The notes beneath the pieces are model-generated. The model did not search any database. It saw nothing but the letters and a program-made list of their open reading frames with translations, and was not told the origin of the DNA. 64,000 nt of DNA from Deltaproteobacteria bacterium (GTDB lineage: Bacteria; Myxococcota; Kuafuiibacteriia; Kuafuiibacteriales; Kuafuiibacteriaceae): positions 32,001 through 96,000 of the forward strand of contig JAVJQW010000023.1 in the NCBI GenBank assembly GCA_040218735.1, in the 5' to 3' direction. Positions 39,528 to 49,406 of the stretch are shown one piece after another. The stretch's first letter is position 1, and the number at the start of each line of letters is the position of its first letter. The translations under genes were made by a program, and so were the position numbers.

Positions 39528-40820
39528 AAGGACGCGGTTGCCGACGCGGATGACCTCGTCGATCTCGCTGTCCGCGATGCGGTCGAGCATGCAGTTGTCC
39601 AACCCCTCCACCCAGTAGCGGAAGAAACCCACCGTCGCTCCGAGGACGATCCCGTAATCGAAGTCGTAGATCCACGGTGTCCTGCGCCCGACGTCGGCCT
39701 GCAACGCGATGGCCCAAGTGTCACGGTCGACCTGTCGGACGATCCCGCCGCTCTTGGTCGAAGCCACGAGCCCGTAGCGACGCGTCGGGGTGAAGGCGAT
39801 CGGGGGACCGAGCGGCCCCTCACCGACCGGCGTCGAGGACGGGACACCATCCACGATGCGGTAGACGAACGCGCGACTGTCCATCCCGACGTAGGTCGCC
39901 CCTTCCTCGCGAACGTGATGAACGTCCGCGGAGAGCAGGCGCCCGATCGACGGGATGGGGTCCTCCTGAAAGAGCTCGCGCCACGTGCCGCCGACGTAGT
40001 GGTACATCGTCGCGCTCGACGTGAGCGTCCACAGCTCGAGGTCGTCGCCCGCCCCCACGCCGTCGGCCCACACGCGGCGCTGCGTGTCCCAGGGCCCGTT
40101 GCGGTCGGTCACCTGATACTGCATCTGCCCGTCGAGGTACCCGAACGCCCCGTTGCGACGCATCAACCACACGACGCCGTCGTCATCGATGTGCCCGCCG
40201 ATGAACCGCGTGGGCGACTCGACCACCTTCGTCAGCGTGTACGAATCGAGGTCGAGCGCGTAGCCGTCACCGTTGCCCACGAAGACGAGCGGCGGACGGT
40301 TCGGAGGCTGGAGCACGAACTGAACGGAGTGCGTCGCGGTCGTCGTGTGGCGGGTGATCGTTCGGTCGTACGCGAGGCACGCGTCGTAGCCGTTCCCGAG
40401 CGCGGGGCGCGTGTACGCGGTGGTGTCTTCGACGACCTCGAAGTCGATCGTCTCCCCGGTCCACGCCCCCTCCGCCGCCCACGCCGGCTGCGGCATCTCC
40501 AAGACGGGTGAAGGCGCGACCTGCAGGACGTCATCGTCCGCGGGGACCTCGGCGAGCTCGTAACACGTCGACAGCTGCGCGTCGGTGAACCCGACGAGGC
40601 GCTCGCGAACCCCGTCGGGCTGCACGGCGATCGGCTCGGAGAAGGGGTTCGTCTCGCCGCGCGGGAACAGCGCCGATGCGCGGACCATCGCGCCGGTGTC
40701 GTCCAACGTCACGAGCGCGACCTGCGTGACGTCGTCGGGCGGCGCGGGCGCACGGCCGGCGCCTTCGATGTCGTAGGAGCACGCGGCGAGCCCCGCGGCG
40801 AGCACGACGAACCGCTTCAC
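39429..40820 (-). CDS. Putative beta-propeller lipoprotein
   Basis: GTG start coupled (GTGA) to the kinase stop; lipobox LAAC; beta-rich C-terminal half. Confidence 0.75.
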   Translation of the reverse strand: MKRFVVLAAGLAACSYDIEGAGRAPAPPDDVTQVALVTLDDTGAMVRASALFPRGETNPFSEPIAVQPDGVRERLVGFTDAQLSTCYELAEVPADDDVLQVAPSPVLEMPQPAWAAEGAWTGETIDFEVVEDTTAYTRPALGNGYDACLAYDRTITRHTTTATHSVQFVLQPPNRPPLVFVGNGDGYALDLDSYTLTKVVESPTRFIGGHIDDDGVVWLMRRNGAFGYLDGQMQYQVTDRNGPWDTQRRVWADGVGAGDDLELWTLTSSATMYHYVGGTWRELFQEDPIPSIGRLLSADVHHVREEGATYVGMDSRAFVYRIVDGVPSSTPVGEGPLGPPIAFTPTRRYGLVASTKSGGIVRQVDRDTWAIALQADVGRRTPWIYDFDYGIVLGATVGFFRYWVEGLDNCMLDRIADSEIDEVIRVGNRVLLFEIAKPVTIVVAEFDAHPLGCNVGIGELQDE

Positions 40821-42352
40821 GGCGCGGACCTCTCCAGGCGCTTCGTCTCGCGCTCGAGCGTCGTCAACGCGTCGAGGGTGTCCTGCGCCTCGGGGGCCTT
40901 CGTCACCTTCTCGCTCAACGCGAGGTAACGATCCTCGAGCCGTCCGAAGTCGGCCTCGGACAGCTGGTCGACGAGCTTCGACAAACGACGACGCACCACG
41001 CGGAGCCGCTGCTCGGACGAGAGCTTCGGCGTCGGCGGTGCCGGGGGCGCGGTCGTCGTCCGCTTCATCGTCGTGCGCCGCTTCGTCGGGCGGACGACAC
41101 GACGCGGCGGCGGCGCCGGATCCGGTTCGTCGGGCTCCGCGACCTCGGGGGTCTCCACCGGGACCACGCCGGGCCGCACCGCGACCTGCGGCCGAGGCTT
41201 CGGCGGCGTGATCGGAGCGATGCGCGTGGGGGCGGAAGGCTCCCCGACGAACAGACTCACACCCACCGCGACCAAGGCCGTCACCACCACGAACATGAGC
41301 ACGAGCATCGACAGCGGCCAAGGTCGCGCTTCCTTGACCTGCGCGATCACGACCGGAGCGGTCGACGACGGGGTCAGGGAGGGGGTGAGCACCGGCGTTG
41401 GATCCTGCACCAGCGCGGTCGGATCCATCGAGGCGGCGACGGTCGCCCCGTCGAGGCTTTCGAGCGGGAGCGCGATCGTCTCGTCGATCGCGGAGAGCAT
41501 CTGCAGCACCTCCGCCGCCGACGCCGGCCGATCTTCCGGGCGCTTCTGCAGCAGCGTCGTCGCGATCTCGCCGAGCGGCCCATAGCCCGAGAGGTCGGGC
41601 GGTGGCTTCTTCACGTGCGCGCGGAGCACGTCGATCAGCGAACCCGAGAACGGCGGCTTGCCGGTGAGCATGTAACAGATGATCGCGCCGAGCGCGTACA
41701 GGTCGACACCAGGGCCCTGCTCGACCGACGTCACGACCTGCTCGGGCGCCATGTAGTTGGGCGTCCCGGTGAGGCCGTCGCCGGTGAGACGCGTGCGCAT
41801 CTCCTCGCCCTCGTAGGCGCGCGCGATCCCGAAGTCGAGGATGCGAACGAGCTCCCCCTTCGGCGTCCGCGAGATGATCATGTTCAGCGGCTTCAGGTCG
41901 CGGTGGATCAGGCTCGCCTCGTGCGCCGCCGTGAGGGCGCTTGCAATCTGGGTTGCAAAACGTAGCGCGCGACTCGGGAGCAACGATCCCTCGCGCACCA
42001 CGATGTCCCGCATCGTCTCGCCGTCGATGAACGGCATCACGATGTACGGCGCTCCGTCGACCATCCCCGAGTCGACGCCGCTGACGATGTTCGGGTGACG
42101 CAGGCTCATCAGGATGCGCGCCTCCCGCTGGAAGCGCTTCTTCACCACCGTGTTGGCGCGTGACTTCGCGACCTTCACCGCGAGTGTGCCGTCGCGCTCG
42201 GGGTGTCGCGCCCGGTAGACGTCCGCGAGCCCACCGTCACCGATGCGCGACTCCAACACGTACTCCCCGGCGAGCGTACCCGTCCGATCGAGCGCCGGTT
42301 CGTCCGGCGCCGCCTCGTCGAGCGTCGTCGAGTCGTCGAGTCGGTCCGTCAT
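40817..42352 (-). CDS. Membrane Ser/Thr protein kinase
   Basis: GDGGLADVY, AVK, HRDLKPLN, DFG and APE; TM and Pro-rich tail. Confidence 0.95.
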   Translation of the reverse strand: MTDRLDDSTTLDEAAPDEPALDRTGTLAGEYVLESRIGDGGLADVYRARHPERDGTLAVKVAKSRANTVVKKRFQREARILMSLRHPNIVSGVDSGMVDGAPYIVMPFIDGETMRDIVVREGSLLPSRALRFATQIASALTAAHEASLIHRDLKPLNMIISRTPKGELVRILDFGIARAYEGEEMRTRLTGDGLTGTPNYMAPEQVVTSVEQGPGVDLYALGAIICYMLTGKPPFSGSLIDVLRAHVKKPPPDLSGYGPLGEIATTLLQKRPEDRPASAAEVLQMLSAIDETIALPLESLDGATVAASMDPTALVQDPTPVLTPSLTPSSTAPVVIAQVKEARPWPLSMLVLMFVVVTALVAVGVSLFVGEPSAPTRIAPITPPKPRPQVAVRPGVVPVETPEVAEPDEPDPAPPPRRVVRPTKRRTTMKRTTTAPPAPPTPKLSSEQRLRVVRRRLSKLVDQLSEADFGRLEDRYLALSEKVTKAPEAQDTLDALTTLERETKRLERSAP

Positions 42353-42353
42353 C

Positions 42354-45300
42354 TCATTCCTTGGGAACGATCCGCATGCCTTCCAGTTGTACTCCGTACG
42401 TCTCGATTGCTGCCGTGAGCCGTTTGTCCCGCTCGGAGCTCACATCGACGAGTGACCATACGCGTACCGACGCGTCCTGCGCGACCGACACCAGGACCAA
42501 ACCATCCTCCGCGAACGCGAGGTCCTCGATCCCCGCCGCGTGCGCGTCGCGGATCCGCGCGACCGGTGCATGCCGCGCTGCGTCCCAGACGATGAGCGTG
42601 CGGTCCTCCCCACCGCTCGCGACGTACCGACCGTCCGCCGACACCGCGAGCGCCTTCGCGCGGCCGTCGTGGGCGCGCTGGTCCGCGACCGCGCGCCCGG
42701 TCTTTCGATCGTAGAACCGAACGTGCCCGTCGCGCCCCGCCGAGACGAGCACCGTGTCGCCCGCGCCGACCGCGAGGACCCCGCCTTCGTGTTGCCCGAG
42801 GCGCGTGGGCTGCGCGCCCCGACCGACCGCGAGTCGCTGCACCACGCCGTCGAAGCCGCCGGTCACGACGTGTTCGCCGTCGGGCGTGAACGCCAGCGCG
42901 TCGACCGAGCCGTCGTGCACGCGGACGACCTCGTCCTCGGCGTCACCTTCGACGCGGCGGAGGTGCACGAACCCGTCCGCCGACCCCGCGGCGATCTGCT
43001 TCGCGTCGCGTGAGAACGCGACGACGCCGACGGGAGCTCCGGAGGTCCGAAGGGTCCCGACGCCACCGTTCAGGTCGCGCACGACGATCGTGTTCTCGGT
43101 GAAGCCGGCGAGGTGCTCGCCGTCCTCCGCGAGCGCGACGCCGCGATCTTCGTCCACCGGGAGTCGACGCCGGACCTTTCTTTCGAGGAGATCCCAAACC
43201 ACGATCTCCCGGTCCGTCGCGACGGTGAGCCCCTCCGCTCCGCCGACGAAGCGCACCGCGGCGCCCTCCCCCGGGAGGTCGAAGATCTGCGCGCGGCGCT
43301 CCTCGTCGGGCCTCGCCTCGAAGCGCCGGACGGCGCGATCGTCTCCCGCGGCGAACATCGCGCCGTCGACGGAGAGCACGTCGCGCACCTTCCTCGCGGA
43401 GACGATCGTCCGCCCCTCGAGCGCGGCCTTCTCGACATCGTAGCGTTCGATCTCTCCGTCGTCGTTCCCCGCGAGGAGCCAACGACCGTCCGCCGAGAAC
43501 ACGAGCGAAGTGATCTCCTCGACCCCGCGTGGGAGGCGGGCGAGGTGGAGCATCGACTTGGGATCCCAGAGCACCAACGAGCGGTCGCGCCCCGCGCTCG
43601 CGAAGAGCTCTCCGCTCGGTGAGAACGCCACCGCCGTCACCGCACGATCGTGCGCGGACTCGTTGGTGACGAACTCCCCGTCGTAGACCGAGAGGCCGCC
43701 GTCGTCGTCGCCGATCACGAGGCGCCGGCCGAACACGTCGAGCGACGTGAGCGCGACGTCGCGCGCGAAACGAACGCCGAGCGGTCGCAGCTCGTCCGCG
43801 AACCACGCGCGCACCGCACCGTCCGCGCCCGCGGTGTAGACCTCAGCGCCGTCGCGCGAGAAGCGCACCGCGCGGACCCCGCCGGGATGCGCGAACGCCT
43901 GCGCCGTGACCTTGCGCTGCGCGCGCGACAGCAGCCACAGCCGACCGCCGTCGTCGCCCGCGACGACCCACGTCCCCGCAGGGGACATCGCGAGCGCGGT
44001 GATCCAGCCCCCCTTCGTCTCGATGCGCCCCACCGGATCGCCGGTCTTCCGCGACAGCAGCTCCACGCCGAAGCTCGTGCCACACGCGACCTCGTCGAGG
44101 TCCGGCACCGAGTCCAGATCGAGGCAGCCGGCGAACGTCCGTGCGCTCCATTCGAGGCGCGGGCGGAACCGGCCTTCGGCGTCGGCGAGTAGACCGCGCG
44201 CGTCGGCGTGCTCCTCGTGGCGCAACGCGGCGGCGGCCTCCAACGTGACACCGACCCAGCTCTTCTGCGCCGCGAGGACGCGCGCCTTCTCCACGTACGC
44301 GTCGGCGAGGTTGGCGAGGCTGCGTTTCTCCGCCGCGAGCGCGCGGTCGCGTTCGTCGAGCACCGAGAAGTACGCCCCTACGCCGAGCACGACGAGCAGC
44401 ACCACGCCGACCAGCGACGCAAACACCGCGGGCCGGTTGCGATCGAGGAAGCGGCGAACGAGCTCCAGGCTCGAGTAGTCGTACGCGTCCACCTTGGAGC
44501 CGGAGCGGTACGCTTCGATCTCGTCGGCGAGCTCCTTCGCGCTCTGGTAACGATCGGTCGGGTCCTTCGCGAGCGCGCGCTCCACCACCGCGGCGAGCTC
44601 CGCGGGGGCCTCGGGCGCGACCTCGCGGATCGGCGGCGTGTCCCCGCGCGCGACGTTCATCAACACCATCGCGAGGTTGTTGCCGGTGATCGGGAGCTTG
44701 CCGGTGAGGAGCTGGAACAGGACGACGCCGAGGCTCCAGACGTCGGAGCGTTCGTCGATGTCGTCGATGCGCCCCTCCGCCTGCTCCGGGCTCATGTACG
44801 CCGGCGTCCCGAACGCGGCGCCCGGGAGGGTCTCGGCGGCGGAGCTCTGCTCCTGTAGCAGCTCGATCTCGCGCACGAGCTCGCGCCCGCGGATGTCGGC
44901 CTTGCCGCGGACCTTGGCGACGCCCCAGTCGAGCACCATCGTCTCGCCGAACTCACCGATCATCACATTGTCGGGTTTGATGTCGCGGTGGATGACGCCG
45001 CGGCTGTGCGCGTACGCGATGGCCTGACAGAGGTCGACGAAGTGACCGAGGAGCGCGAGGCGCTCCGACAGATCCATGGCGTCGTGCAGCGCGCTCTTGA
45101 GCGTGCGCCCGCGGACGAGGCGCATCGTGTAGTAGAGCGTCCCGTCCTCGCGTCGGCCCAGCTCGTACACCGGGACGATGTTGGGGTGCTCGATCTGCGC
45201 CGTGACGCGCGCCTCGCGCATGAAGCGCGCGACCATCTCGGAGGTGGAGCCCGTCGCCGGGGTCCCGGCCGCGGTCTTCGTGCCCTTCGTGAGGAGCTCC

Positions 45301-45758
45301 TTCACCGCGACCTCGCGCCCGAGGTGACGATCGAACGCGGAGCGCACGACGCCGAGGCCTCCGCGACCGACCTCCGCGTCACGGCGGTAGCGACCGAGCT
45401 GCTCCTGCGTGACACCCTCCGCGGTCGGGCTGGACGGGACGCGCTCCTCGATCGGGCGTCCCCGCGACGGGAGCGTCTCGGCGATCATCGACGGCGCGGC
45501 GCCCATGCGCAGGAGGGTGTCCTCGAGGCCGGTCTCCTCCGGTTCGTGCGCGAGCGTGCCGACGACGATCTCTTCGAGCGCCCGACGCTGCGTGGGAGAG
45601 AGGAGGCCGTCGGCTTCGAGGCGATCAGCAAGTGTCAGCTCACCGGTGGTCATCGTGTCGGCGACGGCCGCGACGGCGGACGGATCCGCGAGCCCGAGCT
45701 GGACGGTGAGCACCCCGAACAGGACGTCGTGGTCGCTTCGCCCCACGGGCGGGAGCAT
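42354..45758 (-). CDS. Ser/Thr protein kinase with WD40 repeats
   Basis: GRGGLG, VAVKE, HRDIKPDN, DWG and SPE; TM; many AH...W(D) WD40 units. Confidence 0.95.
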   Translation of the reverse strand: MLPPVGRSDHDVLFGVLTVQLGLADPSAVAAVADTMTTGELTLADRLEADGLLSPTQRRALEEIVVGTLAHEPEETGLEDTLLRMGAAPSMIAETLPSRGRPIEERVPSSPTAEGVTQEQLGRYRRDAEVGRGGLGVVRSAFDRHLGREVAVKELLTKGTKTAAGTPATGSTSEMVARFMREARVTAQIEHPNIVPVYELGRREDGTLYYTMRLVRGRTLKSALHDAMDLSERLALLGHFVDLCQAIAYAHSRGVIHRDIKPDNVMIGEFGETMVLDWGVAKVRGKADIRGRELVREIELLQEQSSAAETLPGAAFGTPAYMSPEQAEGRIDDIDERSDVWSLGVVLFQLLTGKLPITGNNLAMVLMNVARGDTPPIREVAPEAPAELAAVVERALAKDPTDRYQSAKELADEIEAYRSGSKVDAYDYSSLELVRRFLDRNRPAVFASLVGVVLLVVLGVGAYFSVLDERDRALAAEKRSLANLADAYVEKARVLAAQKSWVGVTLEAAAALRHEEHADARGLLADAEGRFRPRLEWSARTFAGCLDLDSVPDLDEVACGTSFGVELLSRKTGDPVGRIETKGGWITALAMSPAGTWVVAGDDGGRLWLLSRAQRKVTAQAFAHPGGVRAVRFSRDGAEVYTAGADGAVRAWFADELRPLGVRFARDVALTSLDVFGRRLVIGDDDGGLSVYDGEFVTNESAHDRAVTAVAFSPSGELFASAGRDRSLVLWDPKSMLHLARLPRGVEEITSLVFSADGRWLLAGNDDGEIERYDVEKAALEGRTIVSARKVRDVLSVDGAMFAAGDDRAVRRFEARPDEERRAQIFDLPGEGAAVRFVGGAEGLTVATDREIVVWDLLERKVRRRLPVDEDRGVALAEDGEHLAGFTENTIVVRDLNGGVGTLRTSGAPVGVVAFSRDAKQIAAGSADGFVHLRRVEGDAEDEVVRVHDGSVDALAFTPDGEHVVTGGFDGVVQRLAVGRGAQPTRLGQHEGGVLAVGAGDTVLVSAGRDGHVRFYDRKTGRAVADQRAHDGRAKALAVSADGRYVASGGEDRTLIVWDAARHAPVARIRDAHAAGIEDLAFAEDGLVLVSVAQDASVRVWSLVDVSSERDKRLTAAIETYGVQLEGMRIVPKE

Positions 45759-45883
45759 AGGCCGGATCCGGTTTCAGGTCCCCCCCAACGTGTGGACCCG
45801 ACGTTCACGCTGTGGACGCGAGACCACGTGTTCGAAAGATCGCGCGTTGTAGACCCTACGGGCCACCGGTACACGCGATCGAC

Positions 45884-47647
45884 ATGAAGACGCGATGGTG
45901 TACGGCGCTGTTCCTGCTCGCGGCCTGTGTCCCGGACGGACACGACGGGAGCGCGGCGCTCTCGGTCGAGGACGCGCCGCCGGCGTTCTTCGCGCAGGAC
46001 GACGCGCTGCTCGAAGCGCTCTCCGCGCCGGATGAAGAGGGCTGGCGCGACAGCCCCGTCATCGAGGCGACGAACCTCTTCTCACGCGCGGGCGTACGTT
46101 TCGACGCCGACCTGGGCGCGGGGATCGAGATCCGCGCGTCGGTCGACGGCGAGATGTTCACGGCGTGGCGGCCCGCGGCGATCACGTTCGTCGAGTCGAA
46201 CGCGCACAACGCCCAGGCGGACTTCGAAGGTGAGTACACGTTCGTGCAACTTCGCTTGCGCTTCGACGAAGAACACCCGGTGACGTTCCTCGCGGTCGAC
46301 ACCGTGGTGCCGATGGCGATCGTCGAAGACGAGGCCGACTTCGAGACGACCTCGTCGGGGCTCGCGACCGACGGCGTCGCCGTTTCCCGGTCGGCGTGGG
46401 GCGCGCGGGCGAGCCGCTGCACGTCGCGGCACACGCCGAACCGCATCTCCGTGCACCACACCGTCACGCCGAACAACGACAGCGCTTCGATGCCGGCGCG
46501 CGTGCGCCAGATCCAGGCGTACCACATGGACGTGCGCGGCTGGTGCGACGTCGGCTACCACTTCCTCGTCGGGCAGGACGGGCGTGTGTACCAGGGCCGC
46601 CCCGAGAACCGCATCGGCGCGCACGTCGCGGGCGCGAACACGAACAACGCGGGCGTGAGCTTCGTCGGCAACTTCGAGACGACGGTGCCGAGCGCCGCGA
46701 TGATGAGCGCCGGCGCGCGGATCCTCGCGTCGCTCTCGCGCACCTACGGCATCGCGCTGAACCGCACGCGCGTGCGCGGCCACCGCGAGCAGGGGCAGAC
46801 CGCTTGCCCCGGCCAGCACCTCTTCGCGCGCCTCGGCACGCTCGTGAACCTCGCCGCCGGCGTGAACGCGCCGCCGCCCGCGCCGCCTCCTCCGCCGCCG
46901 AGCGGGCCGACGGCGTCGTGCGGGCGCGTGTCGTCGAACCAGCTCCTCGCGCGCGGGCAGAGCATGCCGTCTTGCAACGGTCGCTACCGGCTCGTGCACC
47001 AGGGCGACGGCAACGTCGTCCTCTACAACACGTACTCCGGCGTCGCGGTGTGGTCGACGGGGACGCACGGGCGCGCCACTTCGGCGTTCGTGATGCAGAG
47101 CGACGGCAACCTCGTCCTCTACAACGGGTCACGCGCGCTGTGGGCGAGCGGGACGAACCGCGGCGGTTCCTTCCTGGCGGTGCAGGACGACGGCAACGTC
47201 GTGATCTACGCACCCGGCGCGGTCGCGGTGTGGTCGACCGGGACGGTCGGAGCGGGCGGAGCCCCGCCGCCTCCGCCGCCACCTCCTCCGCCGCCGCCGC
47301 CGCCGACCTCGTGCGGGCGTCTGGCGTCCGGCGCCGCGCTCTCCCCGGGACAGAGCGTTCGTTCGTGCGGAGGGCGCTTCCTCTTCGCGCACCAGACCGA
47401 CGGCAACGTCGTCCTCTACGACGGCGGCCGCGCGTTGTGGTCGACCGGAACCCACGGCCGCTCGACCCGCACGCTCGCGATGCAGGGCGACGGCAACCTC
47501 GTGCTCTACGCGCCGTCGAACGCCGCGATGTTCTCGACCGGCACGCACGGCCACGGCGGCGCGTGGCTCGCGGTGCAGGACGACGGCAACGTGGTCGTGT
47601 ACGCCGCGAACAACCGCCCCCTGTGGGCGACGAACACGGTGCGTTGA
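45884..47647 (+). CDS. Lipoprotein: PGRP/Amidase_2 N-acetylmuramoyl-L-alanine amidase + two bulb-type lectin domains
   Basis: Lipobox LAAC; HHT, GWCDVGYHF, GAHV, GHRE, TACPG; six QxDxNxVxY motifs; polyproline linkers. Confidence 0.9.
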   Translation: MKTRWCTALFLLAACVPDGHDGSAALSVEDAPPAFFAQDDALLEALSAPDEEGWRDSPVIEATNLFSRAGVRFDADLGAGIEIRASVDGEMFTAWRPAAITFVESNAHNAQADFEGEYTFVQLRLRFDEEHPVTFLAVDTVVPMAIVEDEADFETTSSGLATDGVAVSRSAWGARASRCTSRHTPNRISVHHTVTPNNDSASMPARVRQIQAYHMDVRGWCDVGYHFLVGQDGRVYQGRPENRIGAHVAGANTNNAGVSFVGNFETTVPSAAMMSAGARILASLSRTYGIALNRTRVRGHREQGQTACPGQHLFARLGTLVNLAAGVNAPPPAPPPPPPSGPTASCGRVSSNQLLARGQSMPSCNGRYRLVHQGDGNVVLYNTYSGVAVWSTGTHGRATSAFVMQSDGNLVLYNGSRALWASGTNRGGSFLAVQDDGNVVIYAPGAVAVWSTGTVGAGGAPPPPPPPPPPPPPPTSCGRLASGAALSPGQSVRSCGGRFLFAHQTDGNVVLYDGGRALWSTGTHGRSTRTLAMQGDGNLVLYAPSNAAMFSTGTHGHGGAWLAVQDDGNVVVYAANNRPLWATNTVR

Positions 47648-47667
47648 GCTCTCGAAGCCTCCGGCGC

Positions 47668-48822
47668 TCAGCGACGATCCACCCACGTCCGTAGCGACGC
47701 CGCGTACGGGCCGTTCGGCGCACGGTCGAGGTAACGATACGCCCACCGCGCCGCGCGCTCGCGGTGTCCGCCGCGCCGGTAACTCTCGGCGGCCCGCGCC
47801 ATCGCGACGTCCTCCCCCCCATCGCCGAGGCCGAGCTCCAGCGCGAGCTCGAACGCGTCTCCGGCGGCGACGTAGTCGGCGAGCTCGTCGAAGAGGATGC
47901 GCCCCGCGCTGAACGCCGCCGAAGACGCCCGCTCGCGCGACAACGTCATTCGCGCCCCGCGCAGGTAGAGCTTCGCCGCGAGGCGAAAGTCACCGCGCTC
48001 CCGCGCCGCGTCAGCGAGGTCGAGCTCGGTGCGACCCGGCGCTTCCGAATCCTCGCCCATCGCCAAGCGCGGCGCGCCGCCGGGCACGTCAGCGTCGGTC
48101 TCCTCCGGCGAGGGCCCGCCCGAGAGGGAGGCCGCGGGCGAGGTGCCCAGGGGGCGCGGCGGAGCCGCGGCGCCGGCCAAAGACGTGACGGGCGCTTCGC
48201 CCCTCGGTTCGACGCGCGCGCCCTGGGGCGGACCTGCGATCCGCGGCACCTCGGCCTGCGCCTCGGCGACCTCCTCGGTCGCCGGCGCGGTAACGACCAG
48301 CCGCCCGCCGGCGAGCAGCCGCAGCGCGCCGGGATCGTACTTGCGGTAGACGACGGCTTCGCCGCGCTCCAGCTCGATCGTCAGCGCGTCATCGGTGTGC
48401 GTCACGGAGAAGCGCGAACCGACGATCTCGATCCGCGCGAGCTCGCTATCGAGCACCCACGGCTCCCCCGGCGCTGCGTCGACCGTTACCCGCCCGGACC
48501 TCAGCGCAAAGCGCGCGCGCCCCTGCGCGTCCTCGACCGGCGTGAGCAAGCCATCTTGCAGCTCCACCACCGACCCGTCCGCGAACCGTTGGTGCGTCGA
48601 GCCTTCGAGCTGCGCGACCGCGTGTCCTTCGACCGTCCGCGGCGGGACGCGCGCGCGGCCGAGCGCCCACGCCGCGATCCACACCACAGCGACGACGGCG
48701 GCGTACGAGGCCCACCGACGTCGACGCACACGCGCCGCCCGACGCACGGACATCAACGCGAGCGTCCCCTGCCACATGCGCTCGACGTCGTTCGGGCGCA
48801 GCTCGTGATCCGGCGCTCTCAT
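47668..48822 (-). CDS. FecR-like anti-sigma factor with C-terminal TPR
   Basis: TM, FADGSVVEL, IEIVGSRFSV and terminal YLDRAPNGPYA; ATGA-coupled to the sigma gene. Confidence 0.85.
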   Translation of the reverse strand: MRAPDHELRPNDVERMWQGTLALMSVRRAARVRRRRWASYAAVVAVVWIAAWALGRARVPPRTVEGHAVAQLEGSTHQRFADGSVVELQDGLLTPVEDAQGRARFALRSGRVTVDAAPGEPWVLDSELARIEIVGSRFSVTHTDDALTIELERGEAVVYRKYDPGALRLLAGGRLVVTAPATEEVAEAQAEVPRIAGPPQGARVEPRGEAPVTSLAGAAAPPRPLGTSPAASLSGGPSPEETDADVPGGAPRLAMGEDSEAPGRTELDLADAARERGDFRLAAKLYLRGARMTLSRERASSAAFSAGRILFDELADYVAAGDAFELALELGLGDGGEDVAMARAAESYRRGGHRERAARWAYRYLDRAPNGPYAASLRTWVDRR

Positions 48823-49406
48823 CGTGTCCTCCGATCCAACGCACCGACCGCCGACCGCACGTACCGCTTCACCGACGCGACGGACACCTCCATCGCGGCG
48901 GCGACCTCGGCGATCTGCAGGCCGTCGACGAACCGCAGCGTCCACGCGATGCGCTGCTTCGCCGGCAGCCGCTCCACGCGACGTGCGACCCACGTCAGCT
49001 CCGCCGCGCGCTCCGGGCTGATGTCCGGACTGATCAAACTCTCGAGGGGGAGATCAATCTCCTCGACCGGGCGCCCGACGATCTGCAGGAACAGGCGCCG
49101 CCGGTGGAAGCGCCGAAGCCGGTTGATCGCGATGCGCAGCACCCACGGCTTGAACGCGGAGTGATCCTCCAGCGTCGGCAACTTCTCGAGCGCGATCGCG
49201 AAGGCCTCCTGGACGATGTCCTCGGTCTCCTCGCGACGACCGCTGATCCTCGAAATCGTCCGGTGGATCGACGTCGCGTGCCGCCGGAAGAGCGCGGCCT
49301 GGGCGGCCCGCTCGCCGTCCTTCGCACACGCGACGAGCTCGGCGTCGGAGCGCGGACCGTTGGCCTTCGCGGCCCCTTCGACTCCGCTCGCTCTTCGTCC
49401 TCGTGC
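48819..49406 (-). pseudogene. ECF sigma factor whose intact frame lacks a canonical start codon
   Basis: Frame open from 49406: SDAELVACAKDGERAAQAALFRRH...EDIVQEAF...WVLRIAIN...LPAKQR...AEVAAAMEVSVASVKR. No ATG/GTG/TTG occurs between the upstream TGA (49409-49407) and the internal TTG at 49181. Confidence 0.75.

Noticed and set aside
42354-45758. WD40 protein as a MEP50-like partner of the PRMT5 homologue
   Set aside because: It lies over 30 kb away, is fused to a kinase, and its WD40 part follows a TM segment. Nothing links the two.
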